A stretch of DNA of 64,000 bases from Saccostrea echinata. Taxonomy: Eukaryota. The stretch covers positions 496,001 to 560,000 of the forward strand of contig NW_026889808.1 in assembly GCF_033153115.1 (NCBI RefSeq). The letters run 5' to 3'. The notes beneath the pieces were generated by a model. The model worked only from the letters and a program-made list of their open reading frames with translations. It made no database searches and was not told where the DNA came from. The stretch's first letter is position 1, and every line of letters starts with the position of its first letter. Position numbers and translations under genes: made by a program. Of the stretch, positions 35,413 to 48,288 are shown piece after piece.

Positions 35413-37294
35413 AAAAAACTTTAGATTTTAAAGATCTCTGTAATAAAAAGCTCTTCATAAAATTAGATGCATACCATTGATTAGACATTTTTTTTTAATC
35501 TTTTGATTCACGTGTAAAGGCATTATGAATATACTCCTTTCCTCTCCTCCACAAATCAAAACATCGGAAAGATGAATTTATATCGTCTGTAAAAATCGGC
35601 GTATTTTGAAAAAAACCCGACGAACATCTAGCCAAAAATAGATAACTAAGTGATAAATGAAATAATAAAAACAACTTCAAACCCAGCTCCTGTAAATTTC
35701 AAGACGTGCCACATATCTGTACAAATAAGTCTATCGAATCAACTTTCAATCTTTTTTCATCATCTCTCATGTGTTGCTTGGAGGCAAACATTTTTTGTAA
35801 TTTAGATTTGCATTGTTTTTAATATCTTTATTAGCATATGTATATCAAATACTTTGAATTTTTAAATGAATGGGATTTTTTTTTTGTTTTTAAGAGGCGG
35901 ATATACATGTACTGTATTTAAAAACAACTGGGACTATTTTTGTTTAAGTTGCAACTATTTCGAAATGAACATACTTGAGCGCCTTTTTTTTTTTTTTATC
36001 AATTTGGGTGAAAATTACGTGACTCACGTCCATCTTCCCCTATTTATGTCGAAATATTCCACTATCACTTTCATAAGGTCTCCAACTGATTCGGTATTCA
36101 AAGGAATGTTCTCCGTACACTCAATTTTATTTTAAACCGAGGTAAACTACTTTAAAACAGTTTGATTTTAGCTCTGATCACAACATTTCGCAAATATTTT
36201 CGCCGTTGAAATGATATTCTTTGGAAATACATATCTTTATCCTTGGGCCATTCCTTTTTAAGTTAATTAACATTGACTTTGGATTATTCTTTTTACCTGA
36301 TCAATATACAGAGTTTATGGCGAGTGTAATTGGCATCTGATCCCACTCCTGTTGATTTCATCAGATTTTATATTTCGCCCTGTTCGCAATTTGTATCTTT
36401 TATAGGATTTGTGAATTTGATAACTATTTATAATGAAGCCAAAAGTTTCATTTTATTATAAATTTCAGTAGAAAATCAGCATTGTTAATCCAACATTGTT
36501 AATCAAGCATTGCTAATCCAGCATTGTTCATCCAACATTTTGTGCGTCGACTGCAAAAACACATCTCTTTGATTTAAAAGACCTGTTTTATATTTCGAAA
36601 GTTAATTCTACGTCTTGTTAACTTCTTCATATGCTGGAATAAAAATTCTATCTATTTTTTTCGCCCATGGAAACCTTTTGCATCAAAATATAGTCCCTGT
36701 AGATAAACATTTCTAGTTTATGAAATCATCTCATGGTTTGTTTCTTTGTTTAGGAGGGGATGGGAGTCCCAGTGGCTTTGTTAAAATATCAAAATGAATG
36801 GTTTTCGATGATTGAATTTGAAATGTGCAAATTTTAAATTTAATTATCCTGACAAATGCGAACCTCAAGTGAGACATGAAACCTTCCTAGAATACACTGT
36901 ATATATCAAATAGTTGTGATTTGTACTTACGTACTTTTCGTCATGAATTGATTTAGTTTTAATTCTGCTGGTAATTGTTTTATATTTCGATGCACACACA
37001 AAAAAGTTCTGACATTTTCTTTTAGATATTTATTCAAATTTAATTCATTACAGTAGACAAACGTCTTTCCATGCATTCGATTTACTACTTTTGTACTACA
37101 TTAAACATTTTTTAAAGTTTGTATCATGCATTCTTGGCACGTTAAATTTACAACCTGCGTATAAATGTAAATGTCTTTAAAAGATGAAAAAGACAAAAGA
37201 TAAAAGCTTTTTATTCCGTAAAGAGGAATTTATTTCCTACTTTTCATTGTTTGTATACATATCCTATCTTTGTGTATTCTTTGGCTTAAAATTT

Positions 37295-37319
37295 ATCTTT
37301 ATTTTTATTTTCGTACAGG
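37295..37319 (+). promoter_or_regulatory. Probable splice acceptor of the coding exon of paralog B
   Basis: tctttatttttattttcgtacAG|G; exon starts 37319, 156 nt before the ATG. Confidence 0.6.
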
Positions 37320-37474
37320 TGATTTCCAAGAAATTTGGAATAAACTAGAGTGTTAAACCAGACTCTTTAAGGACAAAAGTAAGGAAGAAATAATGCAAAA
37401 AGAATTTTTATTTCTGATTAGAAGACATTAAAATCGAAGACCTTTATTTCAATAGACGATGATTTTTAGTGAAA

Positions 37475-40400
37475 ATGATTTGGCATCCACTTTTCCCTGT
37501 CATAATGTCCTTCGTTACCATCGTTTCTAGCATTAAGGCTACAGGAACAGGAAGTGACGAACCGGAAGTAAAATCTAAAGCTAATTACTGTAACATTTCT
37601 GAATGTCACCTTAGAATAGAAGAAATAAGTACATCAAGGTTGCGTAATCGTCTGGATTCTCCACTTCAATTAAGCGGGAAAAGGGTCACTATAGACAACA
37701 AAAACAACTGTACAATAAATTCAACTTTACTACGAGAGAATTTGGACATGAAAATTGACCTCAGTATTGGATTAATTTCCGTCAAATGTTCCAACAACAT
37801 CAGCATTCATTTTTCATCAGACGGAACATTATTTCACACCGATATGTTTCTACATCTCCAAGTTTTAACCTGCAGTATCTCTATGGATTCCCTTTTTGTG
37901 TTAAATAGAAACTTTGGAAATATTTATTCATTGGAACTTGACAGGACACCTTTACCTAGTGACCAAACCTCTTGCAATTTCTCTTATCTTACGAAAGATG
38001 TATGTAAAACATGGGAATCTGTGCATTCAATAAAGCTTTCAGCATCTACATCAGAAAGTCCACATAATAATATTTCTAGGGTTTTTAACTGCCCAGGAAA
38101 CCTAACTGCAGTTAGGGAATTGATACTAAGAAATTGGCAAATTGATGCACATGGAGCATCTTTTCTCAAGGAGAAGTTTCCGTTTTTACAAAATTTAGAG
38201 ATTTCTTTTTCAATGATGACGATTCCTCCTCAATTTCCATGGGATGAGACAAATCGAACGTTTCCTCATAATTTTTCAGAATCTGCCTATACAATATTTC
38301 ACTATTTACATAGTTATCATGTTGTTCTTCCAAGACAATTCTACAAACGTACTATCAATCTGAATTCCAATTCCATAACGGATCTTTCCGACTTTCGCTT
38401 TTTTGGATACATTCAACTATTAGATCTGTCATACAATAAACTTCAGGTTTTAAATGAAAGCTCATTTAATGGACTGCAAGGCGTTCAACATTTAAATCTG
38501 AGGAATAACAAGCTGAAAACAATTTCAAGTCAATCATGGAGAAGTCTGAAATTGTTACGTCACTTGAACCTGCACTCTAATGACATAACAGAAATACAGC
38601 CTGATATGTTTGACAATAACCCGGAAATTGAATATTTAGATCTTTCAAACAACAATATCAATAGAATAGAAGAATATTCCTTTACAAATCTATTCAAGTT
38701 AAAAGAAATTCGCTTAGAATCCAACGCTATAGTAAATCTACCAAGCAATTTTCTTCCTTCCAATTCACTTAATTTTCAATATTTATATTTAAATCAAAAT
38801 CCTTTAATAGATTTTCCTTTGTCAATTGTTTACTTTCGATCCTTAGAGAAAGTAAGTCTCCGACACACAAATATTGACCTACATGAATTTAAAGATAATG
38901 AGCTGCTACTGACTATTAACTACTACGCTATTAGAACTAGTGTAGCAAAATGGTCGGAAGAAAATATCAATGGAAATAAGGAAAAAAGTCCAGAACGACT
39001 TCGACAGATTGATTTATCGGGATCTCGAGTGGAAAATATAGAGCTAGACGTGTTTAAGAGTGGAAGAGATACTAACAAATTCAAACACCTTATTTGGAGA
39101 TTATCTGTTATTCTGAAACATTTTGAATTTGTTCTTGATGGAATCAGTTTACAGTGTGATTGTAGAATAAATCAATTCAACAGGTTTGTACAGGAAGCCA
39201 TAAATAGAAATCTTTTTAGTGGCAGAGAGTATTTCTTTAATGATTGGAAATGTTCTTTTCCTTTGGAATTTAAAGACAAACCACTGGTCAGTATAAAGGA
39301 ATCGAATACCTACTGCGTCACCATCACCCCACACTGTCCACGAAATTGCACGTGTCTGAAGCGATCAGTTAGCGGTATCATCATTGTCGATTGTCGTCAG
39401 CGTGGTTATTTCTCTCTTCCCGAGCAACTCCCTGATGGAATTCTAGACATCTGGTTTCAGTACAATAATATATCAGTAATTCGAAATATTGGCTATTTGA
39501 ACCGTATTCGCCGGCTCTATCTTTCCCAAAATCAAATTGTGGAAATTGAGAACGATGCCATTGAGAGCATGCACAACATCCGTCATCTTCATGTCGACTC
39601 CAACAATCTTGTTGTTATGCCTACCAAAATCCAGGAAAGGGATATGAAGTATATAAATATTGATAACAATCCTTTTAAGTGCGATTGCAATGCTCTTTGG
39701 ATGAAGCACTGGTTGCTGTCAAATTCAGAATCATTTTCTGACGTCACGGGTATAACGTGCAACATCGATGATCAAAATGAAAAAGGGACAAAGTTTGTAA
39801 ACATTCCAGATTCCGACTTTATTTGCTTGGATGAATACAATACACTTAAGGATTTGATAATTCCAATCTCAGTCAGCACTTTATCTATAATCCTGATTAT
39901 AATTGGCATATGCTTTATCCACCTATTCAGCTTTGAAGTAAAAGTTCTTATGTTTATGTATTTTGGGATCCACCCCTTTGACTTAGACGAAGACGAATCG
40001 AGAGAAGCTGTTGATGTCCTTGTTGTCCATGCTCCTGGATTAACGAATTGGGTGATGGAGAACATTGTGGGTCCATTAGAAGCACAGAAAGCCCAGTATA
40101 TTGTATGCGAAATGATGAGAGATTTCATCCCTGGATATTCCATTCAAGATAATTTTGAAAGCATTGTAAAAAATAGCAAGCGAATGATTTTGGTACTTTC
40201 CCCCGAAATTCTCGCTGACCAGTTGCTAAAATTAGTTTGGAGTGAGGCACAAGAAAAAATAAAAGAATTGCGATCGAATTATGTGGTAATGGTATACCAT
40301 AATCTTAATGCGAACGATATCATGAACGAGGATATGTTGCGTTATATAAATCACAGTAAAACCATGACATCAAATGATCGACTTTTGCGTCAGAAACTTC

Positions 40401-41644
40401 TATATTGTATGCCTGTCATATTTGAGAATACTGATGAGGAGGATCAACGTCTGGAAATTCGACATTGTGTGAAAAAGATGTACGGTGACGAAATAGGTAA
40501 ACAAGTTCTGTTTGAACGCCATGTTTTTATTTCATACTCCAACGCCGAGATAAGATGTTTGTTGGATGAAATAAAACCGCTGCTAGAGGACAAGGGTTAT
40601 ACCTTATGTCTTCCTGACAGAGATTTCATACCGGGTGCACCACAGGAGGAGAATATCCTTAAAGCGATAGACACCTGTCTTCACACAATATTTATTCTGT
40701 CTGGGAATCACCTGCAAGATGAGTGGTCCATTTTTACATTCAGAACTGCATGGGAAAAATCACTCAGAAACAAGAGTAATTATCTGATAGTAATTCTAAG
40801 TGAAGATGTAGAGCTCGATGATATGGATGATGAAATCAAGTACCATGTGAAGACGCACGTTACGCTACGAATTGGCGATGAGTGGTTTGCGACGAAACTT
40901 TTAAACTCACTAGTTGATGTTAATACTTATGCACGATGTGTTGTAGATGGAAACAACCGAGAAGACTTCTGTTGTTTAGATTACGATGAACAGAGTATTT
41001 CCGATAGCATGTTGTTCGACAATCATTGTGATATTGCAGCCAGGGATAGTAGAATTGAAAACGTCGAACATGGGATACAAATTGAAGAAGAAAAACGTTG
41101 GCGTAGGGTTGTGTCTGTTGATATTCATAAAGAATTTGAAGTCGAAAATATGCAAGGGATCGAATACAATGACAATGAAGATTTTATAAATGTTTATGAA
41201 ATTGAAGCGGTTGAATACAATGCTACTGAAAGTAATTGCAATGGGCAAGAAAACAGTTTTTGTGAAGTGCAGGAAAAATGTGAATGTAGATCAATCATTG
41301 AGCACTCTGACGGTGATGAATTTGAAGATTTAAGATTTTTGCATTTTAACAATAATACAGAGAGAGTAATTAGCTTTAATATTAAAGAGGTGTTTCATCT
41401 TAATGTTACAGAAGATGAAGAAAACCTGTCAGATATCAAAAACGAAAATGTTTGTTCTAGTGTCAGTTCTGTTAGAGATTTCGACCAAAGCAGGAATTTC
41501 CGTAGGTTAAACATCCACTCGGAAACGGATGAGAGCAATATACATGTTACTCCTCTATCCAATCAGCTGAAAACTGACTATGACGTCAGCGATTGTGATG
41601 TAAGTGACAGTGACAATAATACTGACTCCGAAAGTAATAATTAA
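37475..41644 (+). CDS. Toll-like receptor with two tandem TIR domains, paralog B, ~1389 aa
   Basis: The ORF track starts at a GTG (37469); the first ATG is 37475 and is followed by a signal peptide (MIWHPLFPVIMSFVTIVSSIKA). Same architecture as paralog A; TM ~39858-39930; TIR1 ~40004-40414 (RDFIPG); TIR2 ~40511-40912 (HVFISYS, CLPDRDFIPG); ~240-aa acidic tail. Confidence 0.95.
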   Translation: MIWHPLFPVIMSFVTIVSSIKATGTGSDEPEVKSKANYCNISECHLRIEEISTSRLRNRLDSPLQLSGKRVTIDNKNNCTINSTLLRENLDMKIDLSIGLISVKCSNNISIHFSSDGTLFHTDMFLHLQVLTCSISMDSLFVLNRNFGNIYSLELDRTPLPSDQTSCNFSYLTKDVCKTWESVHSIKLSASTSESPHNNISRVFNCPGNLTAVRELILRNWQIDAHGASFLKEKFPFLQNLEISFSMMTIPPQFPWDETNRTFPHNFSESAYTIFHYLHSYHVVLPRQFYKRTINLNSNSITDLSDFRFFGYIQLLDLSYNKLQVLNESSFNGLQGVQHLNLRNNKLKTISSQSWRSLKLLRHLNLHSNDITEIQPDMFDNNPEIEYLDLSNNNINRIEEYSFTNLFKLKEIRLESNAIVNLPSNFLPSNSLNFQYLYLNQNPLIDFPLSIVYFRSLEKVSLRHTNIDLHEFKDNELLLTINYYAIRTSVAKWSEENINGNKEKSPERLRQIDLSGSRVENIELDVFKSGRDTNKFKHLIWRLSVILKHFEFVLDGISLQCDCRINQFNRFVQEAINRNLFSGREYFFNDWKCSFPLEFKDKPLVSIKESNTYCVTITPHCPRNCTCLKRSVSGIIIVDCRQRGYFSLPEQLPDGILDIWFQYNNISVIRNIGYLNRIRRLYLSQNQIVEIENDAIESMHNIRHLHVDSNNLVVMPTKIQERDMKYINIDNNPFKCDCNALWMKHWLLSNSESFSDVTGITCNIDDQNEKGTKFVNIPDSDFICLDEYNTLKDLIIPISVSTLSIILIIIGICFIHLFSFEVKVLMFMYFGIHPFDLDEDESREAVDVLVVHAPGLTNWVMENIVGPLEAQKAQYIVCEMMRDFIPGYSIQDNFESIVKNSKRMILVLSPEILADQLLKLVWSEAQEKIKELRSNYVVMVYHNLNANDIMNEDMLRYINHSKTMTSNDRLLRQKLLYCMPVIFENTDEEDQRLEIRHCVKKMYGDEIGKQVLFERHVFISYSNAEIRCLLDEIKPLLEDKGYTLCLPDRDFIPGAPQEENILKAIDTCLHTIFILSGNHLQDEWSIFTFRTAWEKSLRNKSNYLIVILSEDVELDDMDDEIKYHVKTHVTLRIGDEWFATKLLNSLVDVNTYARCVVDGNNREDFCCLDYDEQSISDSMLFDNHCDIAARDSRIENVEHGIQIEEEKRWRRVVSVDIHKEFEVENMQGIEYNDNEDFINVYEIEAVEYNATESNCNGQENSFCEVQEKCECRSIIEHSDGDEFEDLRFLHFNNNTERVISFNIKEVFHLNVTEDEENLSDIKNENVCSSVSSVRDFDQSRNFRRLNIHSETDESNIHVTPLSNQLKTDYDVSDCDVSDSDNNTDSESNN

Positions 41645-43419
41645 AAAAACAGTTCTTAAAAAGTGATATTTTCAATGTATTGGCATAGTCGTAGAGTTTG
41701 TTCTTAGAGCATCGAGATAATTCTTTTAATCGCATTTTTGTTTGATTTGTGATGACTATAAAGTGATGTAAAATCAGAAATATTTTTAGATTTGTTATAT
41801 GATGGAAAACTGCAATATTATCTCTTAGTACTGGTACACAATCTATTAAGTTTCTGCTACAAAAAAGACAATTTTTTGTATTGTACATCCAATTCCAGGT
41901 TCAATTACTTCATATTGTAATATGGATTTAAGTTAGATTGAATTTATCAGTTGTAAATAATTTTCAATTCATTCTTTGGGGTGATGGCCATATTATCTTA
42001 GTTTAAAATAGGTCGAGAATAGTGAAATTAATTTTCGAAAATTCAATTGAAAAATTACAACTTAACTGTTAAACTTATATGTGAATATATATATTTTTAA
42101 TTGTCAAAATGATTTATTATATATTGGTATAGCCTTACTTCTTGTATTTTTTTTTATCATTTACGAAACGGGTCATTGTATGGATAGGTTAATTTTGAAT
42201 AAGTTCTATTTAAGTAATATATATACCAGAACAAAACATGCCTTATATTTAACAAATCTGCTCCAAGTATCTGACTTATATTTTTAAATAGTGTTTTATT
42301 TTTTAATTTTACTAATAAAGCAAAGAAGCTACATGTGTTATAACTTTATAGACATCCAAAACTTAGACGTGGTGAACAACTCTAACACTGGGCAAAGTAT
42401 AACTGGTTACAATACACAAATGCGAAATGTCGTGGAAAATTACTAATGCATAAAAATCAAATTTTCTAATCAAAAATAATAGTTTAATGCTTTTGAAACA
42501 TGACTGTCATTTTTAATTGCCACTGCATGGAAATATGCTCTTCCTTTTAAATGATATAAGCAATTCATATAACTGTCACCTTTAATTACAGCTGAAGAAT
42601 TTAAATCAATTGAACAGTATTATATCATCCGTGAAATCGTTTATAGTTGAAAGAGCCTAGCGATCTTAAATCATGCCATACTGTTCCACGACAGATGACA
42701 ACTGATTTACTCTTTGACAAGTAACTTACAATGACCATTAAATCTACATATGTAATTAGAGAGAAAGACAATCGTTCGATTTAGATTGCGGTTTGGTCAG
42801 AAAGTATTTTTCAACTTAGATTTCTGGTTTTGATTTTGATCAGAAAACAATTTCCCTGATTAGTTTTTGTCGTGGTTAACTTTATTTAAATTTTGGAATT
42901 AATATCTGTTATCTGCCTTCCACTTTAAGCATTTCCAAAGATTTATTGGGATAAGAAAAATCCATTTTAATTGGTAGATCTTGTTTTCTAAACACTTCCA
43001 CCATCATATAAATGCTTTGAGGATCTATTCTCTTTTTTTTTTTCAATCAGATATGCACCATATAGTGTTACAATAAAGTTAGAATTAATATCCTCATGTT
43101 TTATCCACAAACAAATCCTAAATTTCAACTTCATAACTCTGGTATGTTTTAATAGTAAATATTCCCATTTCCACGTTTTTTTTTCTCACGCTATCTAGCT
43201 TTATGCGATCTACACAGAAGGTAATGACATTTAAATGATCGGGTTATTCCCCTTTCCATTAAAAACATTTTAACGTTGACTGTAGATTTAAGAGTTTTTT
43301 TTAAAAATATGTTACTTACAAATACCTACAATGTACATAAGAAATGATTTTGTATCAATAATATATAAGCATCACCACTGCAGTACGTTATATTACCTGT
43401 ACTAGTCAAGGACAAGAAT

Positions 43420-44260
43420 AGTTGGTACGGTTATAAGGTGTTCCTCTGTCTGTCTGTCTGTAATTGTTAACATTTTTTTAAAGTATTGCTTTTAAAAATT
43501 TTCTGTCAATTTTAATAAAACTTGGTTCAAAATAGACTTCATCAGGATGCACAGTTCTATTTATCGGTTTCTGACTTCTATAAACAGCGATGTTATGGTT
43601 ACAAAAATTTTTTTACAGATATCTGAGATTTTTTCGTCTACATTTATGGTCCGATTTCAATAAAAATCGGTCGGTTCATAGAAAGAATAAACCATGATTT
43701 TTTTTAAAAGATGTTCATTGGTTTTGATTTCGATAATTGTGCTGCCATGGTCAAAATCTTTAGACATTCCGGTAAAATTTCTTCATAATGCAGCATTATT
43801 TTCGAATGTTTTGTATTAACATAGCTCTTTACAAGGGTAAACTTTAAAAATATACACAATTATGAATAGCAGTTTTTGATTTCAATGAACGAGTTTTTTA
43901 TGATTATTAGAAAAAATTGTGTTACTTTTTTTTTTTTGAAATACTTATCGTCGTACGATTTTGCTCTGATCTTTTTTTTTTTAAAAATGGTATTTTATTC
44001 CTTTCCTTGTATTAAGATTTTGGTGGATGCGTTGCGAAATCTGGTAAAAATTATCGTTATAAATACATTTGTACTATTCCTCGTAAAGTTTTCGTACCTT
44101 TTCAATTAAACCTGGTACAGCAGACGGAACGTAAGAATACATAGTTTTATAAATGTCAAGGATCTGGGATACTAAAAAAAAAATATGTAATAGAAACTTA
44201 AAACTAGCTTGTACGGATTTTATTAATGATAAAACACATTTTTATCAAAAATAGCCCTAT
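43420..44260 (+). mobile_element. Degenerate HINE-like element remnant
   Basis: (GTCT)n at ~43446, followed by recurring 'att(t)caat.aaa..tggt' satellite-like units. Confidence 0.35.
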
Positions 44261-45721
44261 TAAATCAGCTTTATTTTTTTTCATTTTCGCCAAGTTTTTA
44301 CCTTTATATATATAATACAATTCAATGCAAAACGTAAAAAGAAAATGAAATTCTTAAAAATGAAAAATAAATTTACACTAATTTTACCATGAAAAATTAA
44401 TTTGAATGTAAAAACAACAAACTATTAGGAGATATGATTAAAAACACTTTCCCAGGTTTTTAGGTATTCCTATGATCTTAAACACAAAAGTGTTTAATGT
44501 ATTTCACAAACCATCTCCTTGTATGACTTGTACATCAGAATAACATCTATCTTTAATGTTTGAGTTACTCCTCTTGGGACAATATCCTGACAGGTTGGCA
44601 TACAACCTGCTTTTCTGAGAAAAACTGCTGCAAAAATATATGTTTAAGGTAACATTTGATTTGAAGATTCATGTGACATGAAGAAGCATGATTGATTTAC
44701 ATTTGATCTGATAATGGTATATCATGGTGCTATTTGTTCGATACCCAGAATATAAAAGACCATCTTTCCTTCAAAGTAAGCAGTAGTCAGATAAAAAAAA
44801 AAACATTAAAAGAATGCTACATGTATATCATATTGCATTAGTTTTTGTTCTCTAACCTACACAGATTCATTTCTGTTTCCATTTGAGTTTGAAAAAAGTA
44901 TACTAGTAATATTTTAGTCAAACACATAATTAAAAGTTAAAAATTTAATACAAAGTTAGATTTCGGTTTTAAAAAAGATAGAAACTTATGTTTCAGTTCA
45001 AATAAAAATAAAATTTCACTGAACGAAATTAAAATCCACCGTCAATTTAAAAATTACAATAAGAAAAGTAAAACAAAAATCAGTACCAGACATGTTGCAA
45101 GTACATCTTATGCTTTTTCTCTTCCCATTCTTGAGGAAAGGGCATATGCTTCATTCCTCCTAGTGATATTGTAATAAGTAAACTCCTCACTATTCCTTTC
45201 TCTTCGAGACACGCAAGGAACAAGATCAATTTTTGTAAGTTCCTGTGAAATATAAGCGTCTTTCAAATTTTAACAAAATAGAAATATTAAGAAAAAAATA
45301 ATGATAGTATTGTAATTATTTAGCATACATAAGTATCGGGTTTATCAGTGGATAAATCTAAGCAACGCTCATAAAGAGACATTTACTTCTACTTGGCACC
45401 TGATCCCACCTATGATGTTTCCAAAGTTCCTTGTTTTTGCCCTATTCACAATTTATTTTCTTTACTAGATTTATGAGATGATTGATCGCTGTTCGTTATC
45501 TTCACATCAATGTTCTATTCTGTTAGATAACTCGAATAACCATTCTCTGAAAACCTGAACTCTCAGAGGCGTCTGATTCACCATCTTTCAATGAACTATT
45601 TATTCTTACCTTTAGAAAGAATGAATACCATGAATCACAAATTGAGATATTTTTTAGTGCAATTATGATCCGAAATAAAATTAATGACGATTTGTATAAT
45701 AATAACTCTATAGAAAAATGT

Positions 45722-46045
45722 TGTTTTGCGTCCCGTTTGTAGATTTTTCACTCATATAGAGACGTCACCATATACCAGTGAAGGGATTCAAATTCAGACC
45801 TTAACTCGGCTCTCAGTAACTTCGTGCAGTGAGGGATCTTTATCGTGCCAACGCCTACCCTGACACAGGGCCTCGGTTTTTAAGGTCTCATTCGAGAGAC
45901 CCGCAACGTAAAAAAGAAGAGGGCTTGGCGAATGTGCACTTGCTTCCTATTTTTTTTATCGATTTAGATCTTTTACGAGGATTTGATTCCACAACCTTCC
46001 GTTTAAGGAGCGAGCGATTTATTGACTGAGCTCCCGTGACGGCTT
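45722..46045 (-). mobile_element. tRNA-derived SINE with Meta-like central domain
   Basis: On the minus strand: degenerate A/B boxes, then ccgaggccctgtgtcagggtaggcgttggcacgataaagatccc; 3' region atatgagtgaaaaat shared with the 63327 copy. Confidence 0.7.
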
Positions 46046-48121
46046 GGTATAGGTTTGAAGAAGAAGAGTGAAAATTATCTGTTATCTATATTTATCTATT
46101 TATAGATTTATTTATATATTATATATTTATAAATTATCTATATTTGTCTATTTTCTTTGAATCTTGGCATACAAAAATCGTTTTCGAACATTACATTTAT
46201 ATGAGTTATATTAAAAGTTTTACCTAGAAAAAAAAATCAATAGAAAAAAAGTGAATATAACGAATTGAGATCAATGTAATAAATCCAGTAAACAAGAGAA
46301 ATTATGAACAGGGCAAAAACATGGAGCCCTAGAAACACCAGAGGTTGGATCAGGTGTCTAGGTGGAGTAAACCTCCTCAGTTGACCCGTCATACCCGCTG
46401 TGAGCCTTATATATTGATAAGGTGGTAGACGTGGTACTCCATATGTATCGTAAACAGGACAAAAGCACGGAACCCTGGAAACACCAGCGCTAGGATCATG
46501 TGCTTAGAAAGAGTAAGTATCTCCTGTCAACCAGTAACACTTGCTGTGTGGTATTTTAAATGGTTGTGAAAATATCAATTTTTCAATTCAAACGAACATA
46601 ATATCCTTGCTTTTCATAACTTTACCTATAGTTACATCAATAAATGATATTGAACATGTAATTAACTTCATTTAATAGATAAACATTCTTTGTGCAGAGA
46701 AGCAAATCACATTTTAGAAAAGAATTTAAGAAAAAATAAGTGTATACGTTTAATTTCCTTAAAATACAAATGAATGTAGTCGGGAGAATTTGACTTCTAT
46801 TACAGAAATGGTACTATTTGCAAAAGTAACTTTTGAATAATGAATTAAATAGTACATGTACTAATTTCCACGATCATATTCACAGACTATCATGTCTTTT
46901 TTAAAACAAAATTAAACGGTATAAATTCTGTTTTTAATTGTGTACCTTTTCCGTTTTTCCCGATCATGACAAGGAACACACCGTGGATATGACCGGTCGG
47001 CAGCGGATGCAAACTCCTCCATGATATCTGATCCCATCCCATGTTTTAGAGGTCCATGTTTGCTCTGCTCCTGAATTATATTGTTTATTAAATGGACTCT
47101 TGAGCTTGAATACTGTTCGTTATCTCCATATTTCACTCCCTCTAAATCTACGCTTGGAAACATCAGTCATCGTTTTTAAAAAGAAACTCAAAACACATAT
47201 GTTTAAAACTGCTTTTATTCTATAAATCTTTCCAATCGACGTTTTGGTCTCATTGCTATTATGTATATAAAACACTGAAGGATTTTACATGTTTTAATAT
47301 TTAATATTGTAAATCGTTTTAAAATCGTATTATTACATTATACATGTATTATATTTTTATGCCTTAAGTTAAACTTCCATGTAAAGCGCTTCAGATTTAA
47401 AAAAAAATATCAAGCACAATAAAAATGTGCAAAAATAATAAATAAATAAAAAGCAATGTAAATTTAAAGTGTTTTTTTAGGGGGAAGGGGTATATCTTAT
47501 ATGTTTAATAAATTATCAGATCATTAAGTTAAGCTCTACACACCTGATATACAAGCTAGAAATGATTCCAATGTAGACATTGCCTATAACATGAAGATAC
47601 CAAAACAGTATTGAAGATCAAATCCCAAATAACTCTTATGAATTGAGAGCTGTGCCAAATTTAGTCCCCTGGAAAACTCATAAGTGGGATCAGGTGCCAT
47701 GGAGGAGTAAGCATTCCTTGTTGTCCGGTCTCACGAGTCGAGACCCCTTTAATCTTGATCAGGTAATTTACCCAGCACTATGTATTGAAAATGTCAATCA
47801 GTCAAACTACATGTAACGACTGCTTGTTTGTTTGTGTGTAGGATGAATTTTTGTCCAATTTTGAGATGAAAGAGAAAAATCTTGAAACACTGATGCCAAG
47901 TCCGGTTAGGTTTAATAGTTGTTAAGTATTCATCTACAATGGCACCAAAGTGCAAAAGTTCTGTATTTCTATAACTGCAATGTGAAGCGCACATACAAAG
48001 TATAAAATATATGGAACTAGCAGTATGCACCCTCTATCAAACACAGTGACACATATAACCTATAGGTTAAAGCTTTACTGTTTGTGTGGCATTTTTTCAA
48101 GCGAAATTTTTAAAATCATAT

Positions 48122-48288
48122 ATGTAAGAAATAAAGTATCATTTTGAAACATCTATCGGGATATAAATACAGGTTGGTCACGAGATCAAATTCCACAAAG
48201 CCCGAAGGGCTTTATGTTAAATTTGATCTCGTACCAACCCGTATTTATATCCGATAGATGTTTTAAAATGATACCTTATTACTTATAT
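48122..48288. repeat. ~167-bp imperfect palindrome with GAA loop; probable terminus of a non-autonomous (possibly Crypton-like) element
   Basis: aaagccc-gaa-gggcttt centre (48197-48213) with ~80-bp paired arms. Confidence 0.7.

Noticed and set aside
37469-37474. ORF-track start of paralog B at GTG
   Set aside because: Eukaryotic gene; an in-frame ATG at 37475 directly precedes the signal peptide.
15987-41888. Short antisense or out-of-frame ORFs overlapping the TLR CDSs
   Set aside because: Shadows of the long coding frames; no motifs, and many start at non-ATG codons.
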